Shown piece after piece: positions 37,932-51,025 of a DNA stretch of 64,000 nucleotides (the stretch's first letter is position 1; the number at the start of each line of letters is the position of its first letter). The stretch spans positions 4,340,001 to 4,404,000 of the forward strand of contig OZ234493.1 in NCBI GenBank assembly GCA_965153455.1. The letters run 5' to 3'. The notes below the pieces were generated by a model. It did no database searches, was not told the DNA's origin, and was given only the letters and a program-made list of their open reading frames with translations. Made by a program: the position numbers and the translations under genes. This stretch comes from Sphagnum compactum. Lineage: Eukaryota.

Positions 37932-40528
37932 AACTACACAACAACACATTTTAGGTTTTGCAATTGGCCTTTACAACTACATATTAATCAAAAAGGACAT
38001 ATGCAACTAGTGATTAATGAGTTTGTTAAACCCATGTCATTTCACCCATTTAATCACAAAAGATGTTCAATTGCAAAACCTAGTCATTTTAACGATTAAA
38101 ATTTTAAAATTTTCTTATAATAGTGAAATTCCATGTCATCATTACCTTGGTATGACGTGTAAAGTGCATGCCATTTCAACTTAATCATTTTATTCGACTA
38201 ATGTTACAAAAAACACCTTGATAGAAGGATGACTATGTCAAAAATCTATAAACATGTTATGAATCATTTGCACACGACCAAAAGTCAACCTAGTTAAGTT
38301 AGGTAACCTAGCCTAATTTGTTTAGTCAAAAGTCAACCTAGCTTAACATAGCTAAGTTAGCTACCTATGTTAAGCAAAGTAACCTAAGTTAAGTAGCCTA
38401 GATTAAAAACAAACGTCAAACTCCTAACTCAAGAAGCTTAGATTAGATTATCTAACCTAAACCAAATGGCCTAGGTATCATAGGTTGCAAGAGTGAGGAC
38501 TTGAACCCAAAGTGGAAAAACTTTTCATTTTCACTTTGGGGTTCAAGTTTTCATCCATTGCATTACCACATTTTTTTATACTAATTATATTTAACATAAA
38601 ATTATAAACCTCAAAACTTTTAGCCTTGAACTAACCTTGGCCACCTTAGGTTGACCTAGGTCAACCTACCTACTACCTATCAACCTAGCCTAAACTTAAA
38701 CCTCCTTAGGATGACTTAAAATGAATTAGTTTGTCAACCTATATTATTTACTAACCTAGCTTATGTTAACCTAAACATTCTTAAGTTAAAAAAAAATCTA
38801 GTATAATTATGTTGTATTTATTCGCATCATAGTCGCATTTAGTTGCACAAACTTAAGGTGGTTACAAATTCGATAAAATATATTGTAATGAGGCTACTTA
38901 TGTTGATTTAACAAAAAACCTAAAGTTAGGAACCTAGGCAAGCCTACTTAGGTTAACTTATTAATAAGGTAACATATTTTAAGTATTTAAATTAATTATA
39001 TGTAGTAAATTTTCTTATGTCAAATTAAATAACTCACAAGATAACTTATATTACGAAGTAAGTTTTTAGTAAATAACTACATACACATTAATTTAATATG
39101 TTAACCAAAGTTAATGTGATAGATAGTTAGAAAGTTAAAAAGTTATGTGTCACCTATGACAGATGTGAACATTAAACACCATTTTTCAATGGATGGAATT
39201 CATCCATATTGTTCATCCATAACTCCTAATTATGTCCTAGTTAACTTTTAGTTAAATCTTAATTAACTCCTAGTTAAGTTTTAATTAATTCCTAGTTAAA
39301 TCCGAGTTAACTCCCAGTTAATTCCTAACTAATTATTAATTAAGTTTTAGTTAAGTTTTAGTTAATTCGTAATTAAATCTTAGTTAATTCCAAGTAATTT
39401 TTAATTAAATCCAAATTAACTTTCAGTTAAATTTCAGTTAACTCATAATCAATTTTCAATTAAAAAGGTTTTCAAGAAGCTTTCTTACTCGATGCACACA
39501 TTGAAACCTCCTTGGAAGCTTCTTTAAGCTAGGCCTCCAAAGGGGAATAAATGAGAGTAAGACCTTTCATTTCCTTTAGTCTATTCAATATCAATTTTAG
39601 GCACCATCTTGCACCATAGCCTTGTCATGTTCTTTTCATGTTCATGTTTGTATATGTTAACATAATAAAAATCCATTTTCACATTTATTTTGCACATTTT
39701 GTGTTCTTGTTTTTGAATCACGCAATCTTGTTTTTGTTCCTTGTTTGAAAATTAAACTTAGACCTTTCTTTTAATATTTATTTTTATGTTTTTTGTGTCC
39801 TTGACATCACCTTTTTCAAAATGATTACTAATATTGTCGTCATAATAAGTTAACAATAAATTGTTTAATACAAATACACATGCATGTGAATTTGTGACTT
39901 CAAAAACCTCATGGCACACAAAAAAATATGGCATACCATGACAAATATTGGTGTTATAAATTCAAAACACACAAAAACTTATGGTGTCACAAAAATCATG
40001 GATTGCCATGAATTTATGACACCTTGTTACCAAATGGCATGCCATGTTATCATCACATGGAAGACCAAATCATTATTAATCGCAAAGGACAACAATATTT
40101 TCAACTAGTTAATAAATGAAATTAATTCATCAAATCAATGACATGAATCATGATGTGAAATTAGTGTCACAAGTTATGAGTTGTTGTGACTATTAGTCAA
40201 CCATGTTGTTATGTGGCATGTCATGTCAACATCACACAACAATAAATTGTAATTATTCACCAAAAGTTGCAAAAATCAATGGAATTTTGTTATTACCTAA
40301 TTTTTGATAATTCAAAATACATTAAAAAAACATTTTTGAAAATTTGATGTTTGTGTAAAAACCATCAAGTTGCGATATCGAGCACAATCACAAAACCATA
40401 ATGCCACATGGCACCACAATGTCTTTTACAACTACACAATCATTAACATGAAGTTGTAATTACAATTGTAATAAAAAAAAACAATAGTCGTTTTATTAAT
40501 CAATTGTAAAACCCAAAATGTGTTGTGT
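37932..40528. mobile_element. Non-autonomous TIR element of about 2.6 kb (possibly CACTA-like)
   Basis: Left end acacaacaacacattttaggttttgcaattg (37937-37966) is the imperfect reverse complement of right end caattgtaaaacccaaaatgtgttgtgt (40501-40528). The interior is AT-rich and non-coding. Confidence 0.65.
39235..39460 (+). repeat. Degenerate 11-bp tandem repeat (tagttaaNtYY)
   Basis: About 20 consecutive units of ttagttaaatc/ctagttaactc. Confidence 0.8.
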
Positions 40529-41436
40529 TACATGGGCATATTTGGTTTTGACTTTTCTTCTATCTATAAACCAATCATAGAGGTTAGTTTTTCAAAGTTT
40601 TGCTTAAGGACTAGGACATCTTGGTTTTTTATAAGCACTTTTCAAGAAAAGTAGGGCATGATGTCTATTACCATGGTATTTTTTGATTAGTGTGGAGATG
40701 GGTGGTCACAAGTCTTGCTGAAAATAGTTAATTGACATATGTTTCAAGCTTGTGCACATGTGATTTATTAGCTTTTGTTTGTTCTTCATCTAACCCCTCT
40801 GTTTGATTTCTTGGTGTGCTTTTAAAGTTGCTTTAAATTTCTTAGGTTGACCAATTGGACGTTTCTGCATTACACATTGGGTATCTTTCTCCTGTGCTAC
40901 CTTTTCCAACAAATCAACTTTATGTTGTTATTTGCTTTGGTGTTCATCTTTTGTGATAGGTTTAAATAACCATGGTAGTGTCTTTCAATTTTTTTGTTGA
41001 GTACCCATCTAGGCATTAAACTAACAATAACTCTCTTCATTCAATCTCTTTTCATTTTTTCCACTTTTTAAATATAAGAAGTTTTTCCAAATGTATGCTT
41101 TATAGAAACAATTTAGCAAAGATTGTTCCATTTTTTTTCACTCACATGCATCTTTATATCCTTAGCCTTTCAATGCAAACTATTATACAAAAATAAGTAG
41201 CAAGAGTGTTCCAAGTTATTTTCATGTTCACTTCCCATTTCTATCTAATATTTCCATGCTCCTAAACATAATATGATAATAGTTATTCAATGAAAATTGC
41301 TTTTGCATTGCAAATTGCTCCAACAACATAGTTACAAAAAAACTCCAAAATGATTGTATCTACATCAGTCCTATTGATACGGATACCACGAGATTAGCTT
41401 TTCATCGACAAGCCTCGAGTTTTACACATATGGAAA

Positions 41437-41608
41437 GTAATCTAGCGTGAGCTACGTGAGCACCAAGTAATTTACCAGATAGGTTAATGAGCCGAGCATT
41501 ATTTGCCCACCAGGCAAAAACTGTAGTTTCTTGATCATGACCAACTAAAGCTAAGGTTCCATTAAAGAGTGTTTCCACGGGGTAGAACCTCCTCAAGGAA
41601 TGTTAAGG
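41437..41608 (-). pseudogene. psbC: Nuclear plastid DNA fragment (NUPT) of the psbD 3' end / psbC 5' overlap
   Basis: One frame reads [10 protein letters not shown] (psbD C-terminus). The overlapping frame from GTG reads [45 protein letters not shown] (psbC/CP43 N-terminus). Truncated on both sides. Confidence 0.95.
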
Positions 41609-41674
41609 AGCAAAGGAATTAAATTGCACAAAAAGGCAAAGCAATCAAGCAGCATGGCACCCTATGATATATGC

Positions 41675-41790
41675 TAAAAACCCTACACCAAGAAATTTGT
41701 AATAAAAAGTACCAAAAACCCTAAATCAAAAAATTTGTAACAAAAAAAATACAAAAAACCCTAAATCAAAAAATCTGTAACAAAAAAAGG
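41675..41790 (+). repeat. Three tandem copies of about 40 bp (aaaaaccctaaatcaaaaaatttgtaacaaaaaa)
   Basis: Direct reading; copies start at about 41676, 41715 and 41754. Confidence 0.8.
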
Positions 41791-42244
41791 TATCAAGAAA
41801 CTTGATTAATCTTGGGTGATCTTCATCTTTGTCAAAATGTTAAAAAATAATTTAATACTTTTGACAAAAAATATGAATAAATTTCTTAAACATGTCAAAT
41901 TGAAAATTTTAAAATTAATTAAATGTTTGACAATTGACTGTTGAATTGGCGAAGGTACTATGATACTTATGCAAGGCACCAATAGAAAATTTCCTCTGTA
42001 GGTATCAAAAAGGCACCTTAACCAATCACATTTCTCCTTAGTCCATGACATTTTTTCTTCTGCTTTTCAAAAATGTGGGGCATTTTGAAAAGTGAAATGC
42101 GAGTTGCTTGAACAAGGATTTTGTTTTTTTGCTATACCCTATGGATATCATGACAAATATGTTGGTGCTTCATGTTAGGTAACTCCCTTGGAGCTGGGTG
42201 TTCCTGAAATAAGGGTCCCTCATTGTCTCTGCCTTATGGAGCAT

Positions 42245-42385
42245 TTATTTTGGGATTGTCCCGCTATGAGGGTGTCACCCTAAGCTTATGGGTCATGTCT
42301 CATTAGATCCCTCCCACTCTTAAGTGTATGTAAGAACCCTCGTCCACTTGCATTTTGTGTGATTTATGAATGTTTAGGTTCATGA
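42245..42385 (+). repeat. Dispersed repeat related to 60170-60460 (inverted) and to the 40-bp array monomer
   Basis: tccctcccactcttaag...taagaaccctc...tgtgatttatgaatgtttaggttcatga matches the reverse complement of about 60282-60362. Confidence 0.75.
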
Positions 42386-42634
42386 AAAAAGCTCAGCTCC
42401 TGAGTTACATGTGTGGGAAAGCCCAAGACCATATAGCCTTTAAAGATTTGCTCTGATTTTTCCCCCTTTTTTTTCCCATGATACCCTGTGAGTACCTAAT
42501 GGGTATCATGGGAAAAATGAGGAGGATATTAAGAAAGAAAATGCCCCACTCTGGTTTCGAAGAACCAAAAGTGCATCAGCATTTTTTTTTTTCGAAACAC
42601 CCAAAAAAATGGGGAGGGAAAAATAAATTGGGTG

Positions 42635-43539
42635 ACATTACATATAGTAAAAGACGTCGGGATGAGAAATGAAGCTTCCCCTGAATCCGTCCCGTCCTCC
42701 ATCCGTCCCGCCTGTGCACTTGTTAAGGGCAGTAGAGACTACCTTTGATTTCTGTAGGGTATCTAGAGAGCGTATTGCAGAGCATAAAATCCTGCAGGAT
42801 GTGTTATGCTCCTATGGGCATTCCATTTTTGTAAAGTGTGGCTTGTTTTAAAGTTTTTTTGGGGGAAAAAAAAAAGGTTAGGTTTCTCCTTACACTCAGT
42901 AAAGCACACAAGTGAGGGCATTAACGAAACTGGGCAGTACTTGGCTGTGACCTCATGCTGGCCCTTATTCCAGTAATGCCCTCGGCCTTGTGCTTTACCT
43001 TACACTTGAAGTGCTTAATTAAGCGTGCCGGTGGGTGCGTTTCTGCCCTCCCATTGCACCAAACAAATCCGAGTAGGTGGGTAATATGCCATCCCATTAC
43101 ACTAAACAAATCGTGATTTATGAACGATTAGGTTAATGATAAAGTTCGCCTCGTGACCTACGAACGTTCATGTTCACGATAAAGCTCGCCTCGTGATTTA
43201 CGAACGTTCAGGTTAATGATAAAGTTCGCCTCGTGATTTACGAACGTTCAGGTTAATGATTAAGTTCGCCTCGTGACCTACGAACGTTCATGTTCACGAT
43301 AAAGCTCGCCTCGTGATTTACGAACGTTCAGGTCAATGATAAAGTTCGCCTCGTGATTTACGAACGTTCAGGTTAAGGATAAAGTTCGCCTCGTGACCTA
43401 CGAACGTTCATGTTCAGGATAAAGTTCGCCTCGTGATTTACGAACGTTTAGGTTTATGATAAAGTTCCCCTCGTGATTTACGAACGTTAGGTTCATGATA
43501 AAGCTGGCCTCGTGCTTCACGATGGGTGCGGCCCACTAG
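42635..43539 (+). mobile_element. Non-autonomous Helitron-like element carrying a tandem array
   Basis: Its 5' block (acattacatatagtaaa...gaagcttcccctgaatccgtcccgtc) is shared with 51057-51185. The 3' end has a cctcgtg-ctt-cacga(t)gg hairpin about 10 nt before CTAG|T. Confidence 0.55.
43111..43514 (+). repeat. 40-bp tandem array, about 10 copies, with 120-bp higher-order structure
   Basis: Unit gataaagttcgcctcgtgatttacgaacgttcaggttaat starts at 43138, 43178, 43218 and so on to 43458. The variant 'gacctacgaacgttcatgttca' recurs every third unit. Confidence 0.97.
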
Positions 43540-46077
43540 TGGGGCCGGACTCGGCTGTCCCGTTTCTGTTTTCCTTCCCGGGCTGCTGACTGATTGACTA
43601 ACCAGGTGCTTCGTTCCCCTGCGTCCTTTCGCCTTCTTCGTGTTCATGTCCATTTGCTGCTACTTCCTTTTTCTGCTGCTTTTTCTTTCTGCTTTTCCTT
43701 TTGGCTGTAGAGGAGAAGAGCAAAAGGAAACACACCAGCAAGAACAACTAACCCTAACCCAAAATTTGTTCCTTTTCTTCTCGAGTGCAGCCAACAATAA
43801 GAGCGGAGCAAGACAATAAATCAGTGCAGTTTCTTCTTCTTCTTCTTCGTCTTCTTCTGCTCAATCAGGTAAGTGCTGGAGGACATCTGCTCCACCAACA
43901 TCCAATCTCCATGTGTTAATGAATTTGAGCTTTGGAAGTTTGGTTTTGCACCTTCCACCTTAGTTATGAATTGGACTCTCTCACCTTAGCTCTGGGGCGA
44001 GGAGGGGAGGGCTTTGATTTTGACATTCAACATGGGTTATCTGCCCTAGAAAGAGAATGAATTCGTGCAAATTTCTTGAGAGTTCTAAGCTCTCTTTTAC
44101 CTTTGTTTGCAACTGTATTGTTTTGTAAACAACAAGGTCGTTGAGGAATATGACTTCCATGTTGTTGTTGTCGTCTTTATTTCTTCCAGTGCTAGCAACA
44201 GGCAATGGTAGTAGTAACTTTGGAAGCTTTACCTCCAAATGGAAATCAAAATCCTCCAAAATACTGAAATACTTGTAAATGCCAATGAAAATAGCTAGAT
44301 TTATTAGTGAAAAATCATCTTCCATTAGGTTCATTTGTGTCCAATTTTGTGCACATTTGATAGACTGGTTCATGAGTTGGATTTGTGTCAAGAATTGCAC
44401 ATCAAAACAAACATGGGGAAAGTAGACAGGAAGAAAGAGGTTCTGCATTTGAATTTTTTTCTTTTATTGCTTTGAGGATGAATTGCTCACCTATTGTGGT
44501 CGTCAGTGTTATTACTGTGGGTCTCTGAGGTCTGGTATTGCTCAATTTGCAAGGGGAGAGCAATATTGTCCTGGTTGTTTTTCACTGGAGCAAACATAAT
44601 CACATTTTTTTAGCACCCTAAGGTTTTTCCCCTCCTTTGTGATAGTCATGAAAAGAATAGCGGGGTGTATGTTGTGAGCTCTAACTTATTGCTGAATTGA
44701 TAGTCCAGCTGGATGCATTGATGGGTGAATCTTGTTGCGCAAGTTCATGTTCTACACAGAGTATGTTTCACAGTCTTGACAAGAAAGTATGGGTGTTATC
44801 TGCTCTTTGAAGAGTTAGGTGTTTCTGTCATGTTCTGTTTAAGACCGATGATAGCTGAGTTCTGGGAATGGGGGAATGAAGAACTTGGAACTGACTGCAA
44901 CCCATATTTCATGGCCTGTTCAGCAGACTCAAACTGGCCTGGTTGCATTTATAGTAGGTCCTCCTACATTCTTCCTGTTTATCAATGAGCACCTTCTCTA
45001 GTGCTGTATTTTCTTTAGTTCGACTTTTGATGAGCTATGTCTCTTGAGTGCTAGCCAACCTCATGTCTGAGCTTCCTGGTGCTTCTGGAAACACAACAGA
45101 AATTCAGGACCCGGATTTTGTATAATGGTTTGCCTTTTTGTTGCTGGGTTATTATATACTTATCGACACCCACCAAACATGAGCTATGAAGTCGGTAGTT
45201 TGTCATTGCTATTTGTGATGAATTTTGATGCTCTGAGCCTTGTGAGCAACTCTTACAAGGTTATGGCCACATTTGTTGTCGTCTTACCTTCAAATTGTCA
45301 TTATACAGAAGTCCCTGCAATTTTATAGATACCCCAGTGTGTTTTTCTTCAAATTTTTTGATTTTACACAAGTAGTGAATTTGTGCTGAAAGAACACATT
45401 TTACACTGAAAAAACATGTTTTTCCAAGTTTTTCCCAAAACAGAAATCACAAAATAGCAAAAGTTTTCCACAAAAACAATCTCTGAGATATGCTAGTTTT
45501 TCTGTGAATTCCAAAGGTTCTTGGGCATAATTCCCAGAGTTTCTGAACTGATTGTGAAAATCATTCTGAAATTCCATGTAGGAGTGTTTACTATCCATCT
45601 GTTTCACACTTTTACATTGCTTGGTTCTCTTGGATTCTTAAATATCAGGATTCCATGGGCTGATGTCATGTGGGTTACTGCCTCATTGGTTGATGCTTCG
45701 TTTCATCTGTATTTACTAAGTCCAGAAATGTCAGTACTAATGTAGTTGATTGCAAAGAAGCCATGTGTGTGTTTAGGAACATTTGTCTGAACCAATTAGC
45801 GTCCAATGGGCATGCATTGACTCTATACAAAGATGAATTTGCCTAAAATCCTCCTCTCATTGTGAGTTGCTATTGTAAGGTATGGATATACAAATGTAGA
45901 AGACAAGTTTAGAGAGTGATGACTAACTGTGCCTGGGCTTTGGCTTGCACCATGTGGAAATGCTGGAAAAATGGCATACTCTGTTGTATTCCTCACACTG
46001 ATTCCTGGCAGTAATTTTGGGATGCTGATTGTTTCTGGGCATTGTGTTGGTGGGGTACAAAGCATTTTTGAAGAAAT

Positions 46078-49000
46078 ATGGTACTGAACATTGAAGGGGA
46101 AATGGAGGGAACGCATATTGAAAGTGATGGCTTCCATCTACATTTTCAGGCTCCTAAGCAGTTACATCGCAGAAAGGTCATCATTGACACAGATCCTGGC
46201 ATTGGTATATTCCATGTTGCCCAAATAATATCGTCTTTTTGTTTGTTTATTCAATATGCTTTGCTGTATTGTTCAAGGGTGTATAAGGATTTATGCTTAC
46301 AATTTTCCTATGAAAGTTAGCTGCTGATATCCAGCACCAGTTTTGGATCTGGTTCAATTTAAGATTGGTTGGTGATGAGGTTTTGACATCAGTGCCATGT
46401 GCAGTGAGTTATTGCAGATTTGAGTTGTTTACAAGTAGTACAATTGATCAACTTACAGAACTAAAGAATTGGTCAAAATGGCAAAGCCTTTGAACCCAAC
46501 AGTTTGGGAGTCAGTTTGTTCTATGTTGATGGTTTGCATTAAGCACATGTTGAATTTTTCATCTGCAGTAGACAAACAAAGATATCACACGACGGGTCTT
46601 TAGAGCAGATGACAGCAGTTGTGTAACAGTTGGTGTCCTTCTGTGTTGTGAAGGTTTTCACTGGTAAAAGGGTTTGCAGTAGAATCGTCTGGTTATAGCA
46701 TAAGATTCAGACCTCTAGGGCTTCTGCTATGATCAATCTAATGGGGCCAGGGTTGCTCATGGGCAGATGACATGATGGCTATTTTCATGGCTTTTCAGTC
46801 GCAGGACATTGAGGTCATAGGGCTCACCACCGTCTTTGGCAATGTGGACACTCCTATGTGTACAATAAATGCTCTACACTTGGTAAGCATCTTCTTGTTT
46901 TATGTTGACAACAGTCTAATTTGTTGACAGAAAACAATGCTGCAACGATTTGACGCTTTGGTGAGTTAACTATAGATTGCACTGTAGGATCTTCAGGATA
47001 AAAGTTAAGTCATCAGCCAGTTAAGGAAAACTGCAGATGGGCCATTGCCATTTGTCTTTCATGTGCCAACTGGAGAATTTTTGCTGTTTGATTGTGAGGT
47101 TTTGGCAGTGTGAGGTGGCTGGTTTTCCTACAGTGCCAGTTGCAGAGGGCAGCCTTGTAACATTGAAGGTTGGCTCCGTCTTCCTACACCTCTACTTTCA
47201 TCAGGCAAGTTGCAAGCTATTCTCCAGATCCATGCTTCACCAGTGTCTAACAGCACTTGCTTGGGAAACAGGGAACGCTTCCACGAATTGCAGACTTTGT
47301 CCATGGTGCAGATGGGCTTGGTAACACATTTCAAGCCAAACCCAAGGGCTTTAAATCAGAGAGTAATGCATCAGATTTTCTGATTCAGAAGGTTGCAGAA
47401 TTTCCAAATGAAGTCACAGTTGTTGCTTTGGGACCCCTCACCAACATTGCTGAGGTCAGGCCTCCTGTTGCATATCTGGGGCATACTGTGTTTTGTTAAC
47501 CTCATGAGTACTGTACTCTGATCCTATACACTTCCAAAATCTTTGAGTTGCTATGAAGACTCCTGGTGTGCTATGAGGGCTTCAGTTAATTGAAACCTCC
47601 ATACCACTTCTGCTATATATAATTTTCTGCTCTCCTCAAGAATGTTGCTGGTGTTTGTGATCTGAAACAGGCCATTCAGAAGGACCCAACCTTTGCCAAC
47701 AATTTAGCTCAATTGGTGGTCCTTGGCGGCTCCTTTTTTGCATCTGGAAATGTCAATCCTCCAGCTGAAGCCAATGTAACATAAACATTCAGCTTTAATA
47801 CATATGCACTTTCTTTGTTGGGATTTCCTTTTCAAGCTCAGGATGGTGTCAAAAGTGCAGGGAACTTCTCATCATAGAGGTTTTAGTGTTTCCTTGGGAG
47901 GTGCAAACAGTCTTAGGTTCCTGCAAAGGGCAGTTTTATGGAACAAATTCTTGGTTATACTGCAGGTGAGTGGAGGCAGTCAAGTAATCATATCAGCATC
48001 TTTCTCCAGATTTGACTTATCCTCAAAGTGTCTAGCCATTTCCAGTACCAATTGCACCTGCATTGATTAACAAGGAAGTATCCATTCTATACCAGACAAC
48101 TTATAGTGTGTTGTGTTGCAGATCTATTGTGATCCTGAGGCTGCAGATATTGTATTTACTAGTGGTGCAAACACTGTTGTGATTGGCTTAAATTTGACCA
48201 CCCAAGTGATTTTCACTGGTAAGTTCTGTTTCCACCTGAATCAGAGATTTGATGTTTCATTTCTTGTTTTGTGTACCTTTATAATCCAGTGGAAAGTTGC
48301 TGTCTAGTGTCATTGTGGTTGGGTTGTTGTCATATGGTTTCCCTAGAATTAAGGTTGATCATATATGAATCTGATTCAGCCTGTTTGCAACTAAGAATTT
48401 GCACTCAGTAGAGCTTTGGTGTGGAAGCAGCCACCCACCAAGTGGCTTGTCCACCCTAGAAAGAGGTACTGGAGTATGGTAAGGTTGAGAGGCAGAGACA
48501 TATTTGAATACTCTTTTCTGCAGATGAGGATGACACGAGGTTCCTCTTCGTTGATTGCTACCTACCATGGCTGAATATGCACTGAAGACAGTAAAAAAAA
48601 TTTGTGCTAGAGAAACCTGTCATAGAAATAAGGATGCACAAGCAAACTCTTTGGTGTATCTACTTTTCATCATGTACAACTTGTAGTGTTGGTGGGTTGA
48701 ATTCTCAGTGGGGTTGCTTGTTCCTTTCAAGAGCAGCCGGTGACCTGCAGGAGATAAGGGATTCGAAAGGAAGAAATGCGGCATATTTATATGAGTGTTG
48801 TCAGTTCTACAAGGCATGGCATATAAAATCAGATCATTTGGATGGTGAGCCAAAGTGCTAGTTCCTATCCTCATGCACATTTTGTCATCATGCTATTACA
48901 GTAACCCCAGACTTGTGTGTGCACATCTGAACCCTGCATATGCCATCCCATTCCCCAGTCATTTTTGGTTTGGGATGAGAAACAAGACCCAGTTTTGTAG

Positions 49001-49631
49001 ACCGGGCTCCTCTGCACAATTGGACAATAACAAAGAAATCTATCCTTCTGCTCCTTGCAATCAGGCAGATCCCTGAGGCTGTTAGATTCTTTCAATCAGA
49101 CGGTTTTCAAAGTAGGCACAATTCCAACAGGGGTCCACATAATGTTTGTGGAGTTGTTGTAAATTGTCAGGGATTTTCCTCCATGATCCTACTTGCATGG
49201 CTGCACTGCTCGACCCCTCTCTTTTCACTTACAAAACAGGAGCGTTGCGGGTTGAGACGAAGGGGATCTGTGTGGGACATACTCTTCTTGATATGGGATT
49301 AAAAAAGTATTTCTTTAATACCTTGTTTGTGTTAGTCTCTCTTGAATTTTCCAAACATGCCTTTGACAACTCAATAATTGATGAGATTCCAGTAGTGATG
49401 ATTCAGTGACATTTGGTTCTGAAGTACAAAGTTGGCAAAGGTGTATATAAGCCAGCCACAGATGAAGAATTAGATGATATTGCTGCCAAAAGGCTGATGG
49501 ATTTGTTGGATGGTGGGAACAGTTGGGTGGGCGAGAATCCCTGGATTGGTCAACCACCCGTCAAAGTTGGTTGGACTGTTGATGTGGAGGGTGTGAAAGC
49601 ACTTGTGAAAAGCCTGTTGTGCAGGCCATAA
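46078..49631 (+). CDS. URH1: Nucleoside N-ribohydrolase, URH1/NSH1 (uridine/xanthosine) type, 9 coding exons
   Basis: Exons 46078-46204, 46767-46882, 47109-47168, 47272-47454, 47671-47775, 48122-48218, 48737-48844, 49171-49306, 49523-49631. Motifs IIDTDPGIDD, FVHGADGLG, LGPLTNIA, GNVNPPAEANI, FYKAWHIKSD, IFLHDP. A probable non-coding first exon ends at the CAG|GTAAGT donor at 43868. Confidence 0.95.
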
Positions 49632-50364
49632 TGGAAACTGTTGAATTGATTGCTGTCATCCTATTCTATTACATGCATCTGTAATGAATAATTATTGACA
49701 TTCTGGCCAAAATAATTTGGGAAGTTTACGCTCTACAGCAGATTGATTACTGTTGTTGTCTCACTAGGATTGTGATCTTGATTTGACATGAAGATTAGAT
49801 TTCTGCTGTGACCACAGATATTGATTCTTTCTATTGATTCCCTTCTGGTCATATTTGTCCATGTTCTTGCTGCCCATTATTGCATCCACTCGTTGATTAT
49901 AGCTGCATCAACAAGCCAACTTGCTAGCATTTGGCTTATTATGTAGAGAGGCCAGAGAGCTCACAGAACAAACCTGACATCTTTATTCAGTAGGTTCATG
50001 ATTCTGTGATGAGAGGGCTTTGCTGATGTCTCATGTCTTTATTCTGGGCACAGGTGAAACAGATGAAACTGAGGTTCATTCTCACATTTTAAGAAAGGTA
50101 AGTAATTGTGCCTTGTGTGAAGATGAAGTTGGTGTAACAGCAGAAGGATTACGGATGGAAGTGTCAGGGGTGGGCGAGAGAGTATGCACAGTTAACAACA
50201 ATTGGGCACCAAATGAACTTCCATTGTTCATATGGGAGCAGTGTGTACTGGTCTTGTAAGCTTCATACATTCCAACCCTTCTCTTCATTGGGAGGCTCTT
50301 TGTCATGCAGATCATTATTCTTTATGGGTATGTGGAGAATGAGCATTACTCATAGTAAAATGAA

Positions 50365-50640
50365 TCGAGCCTTAGTTGTTCCTGTTGTTTGCAATGATGA
50401 GGGCTGCTCCTGGGAAGAAACTGGTTCATCGTGGGTCACATTGTTGTTCCTGATGTTTGCGATGATGAAGTCTGGTCCAAGGAAGAAAATTGTGAACATT
50501 TGATTTGAGCCTTAGTTGTTCCTGGTGTTTTTCATGATGATGGATGGTCCTGGGAAGAAACTGGTGAACATTGAGCCTTAGTTGTTCTGGATGGTTGTGA
50601 TGGTGTTGGATGGTTCCCAGAAGAAACTTATGAATAGTAA
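50365..50640 (+). repeat. Degenerate tandem repeat of about 66-70 bp
   Basis: gagccttagttgttc at about 50368, 50507 and 50573, with recurring gggaagaaactgg and gtgaacatt. Confidence 0.8.
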
Positions 50641-51025
50641 CATTCGAGGGTTTTGACTTTCCTTGGTAGTATGTGTGTTCGTGTTCTATTGCAGGTTGTT
50701 GACACAAATTTGTGATGCAATAAATGATTTTAGTAGATTGCTCTCCTCAGGCCCCTCGGTGAAATGAGATTTTTCCCAAGACTCCCAAAAGTCCTCTCCT
50801 GAAATTGGGCCTATTTGGAAGGCATGGAGCATGAGAGCGCACATGACAGCATTTTTTTCATATAGAACAAATTGAAGGCATTTTATCACTGATGCTCAGC
50901 TGTAAGCTAATTCTCAAGAGGGTGAGTTGGGAAGAAAAACCAAATTTACGTGAACTTGCCAGATTTCTCAAGAATTGATTGCAGAGCCCTGCTGAACATG
51001 GAAAGCAGTCCAAGCCACTGAGCCA

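Larger units (their letters stand above)
36500..41100 (-). mobile_element. Degenerate pogo/Tigger-like (CENP-B HTH + DDE_1) transposase relic, interrupted by an insertion
   Basis: Minus-strand fragments GFKVTQKWTHQF, LLVNNDQ and VVVSSFVAGVLLPLQIIF at 37200-37900. More transposase-like text continues beyond 40530. Many stops. Confidence 0.65.

Noticed and set aside
41402..41596. Functional nuclear psbC
   Set aside because: It is only a short, mutated fragment.
43111..43514. CRISPR-like appearance of the palindromic 40-bp array
   Set aside because: The units are contiguous with no unique spacers, there are no cas genes, and the context is eukaryotic.
43981..44448. 155-aa minus-strand ORF in the NRH 5' UTR intron
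   Set aside because: No recognisable domain; composition is consistent with intron sequence.
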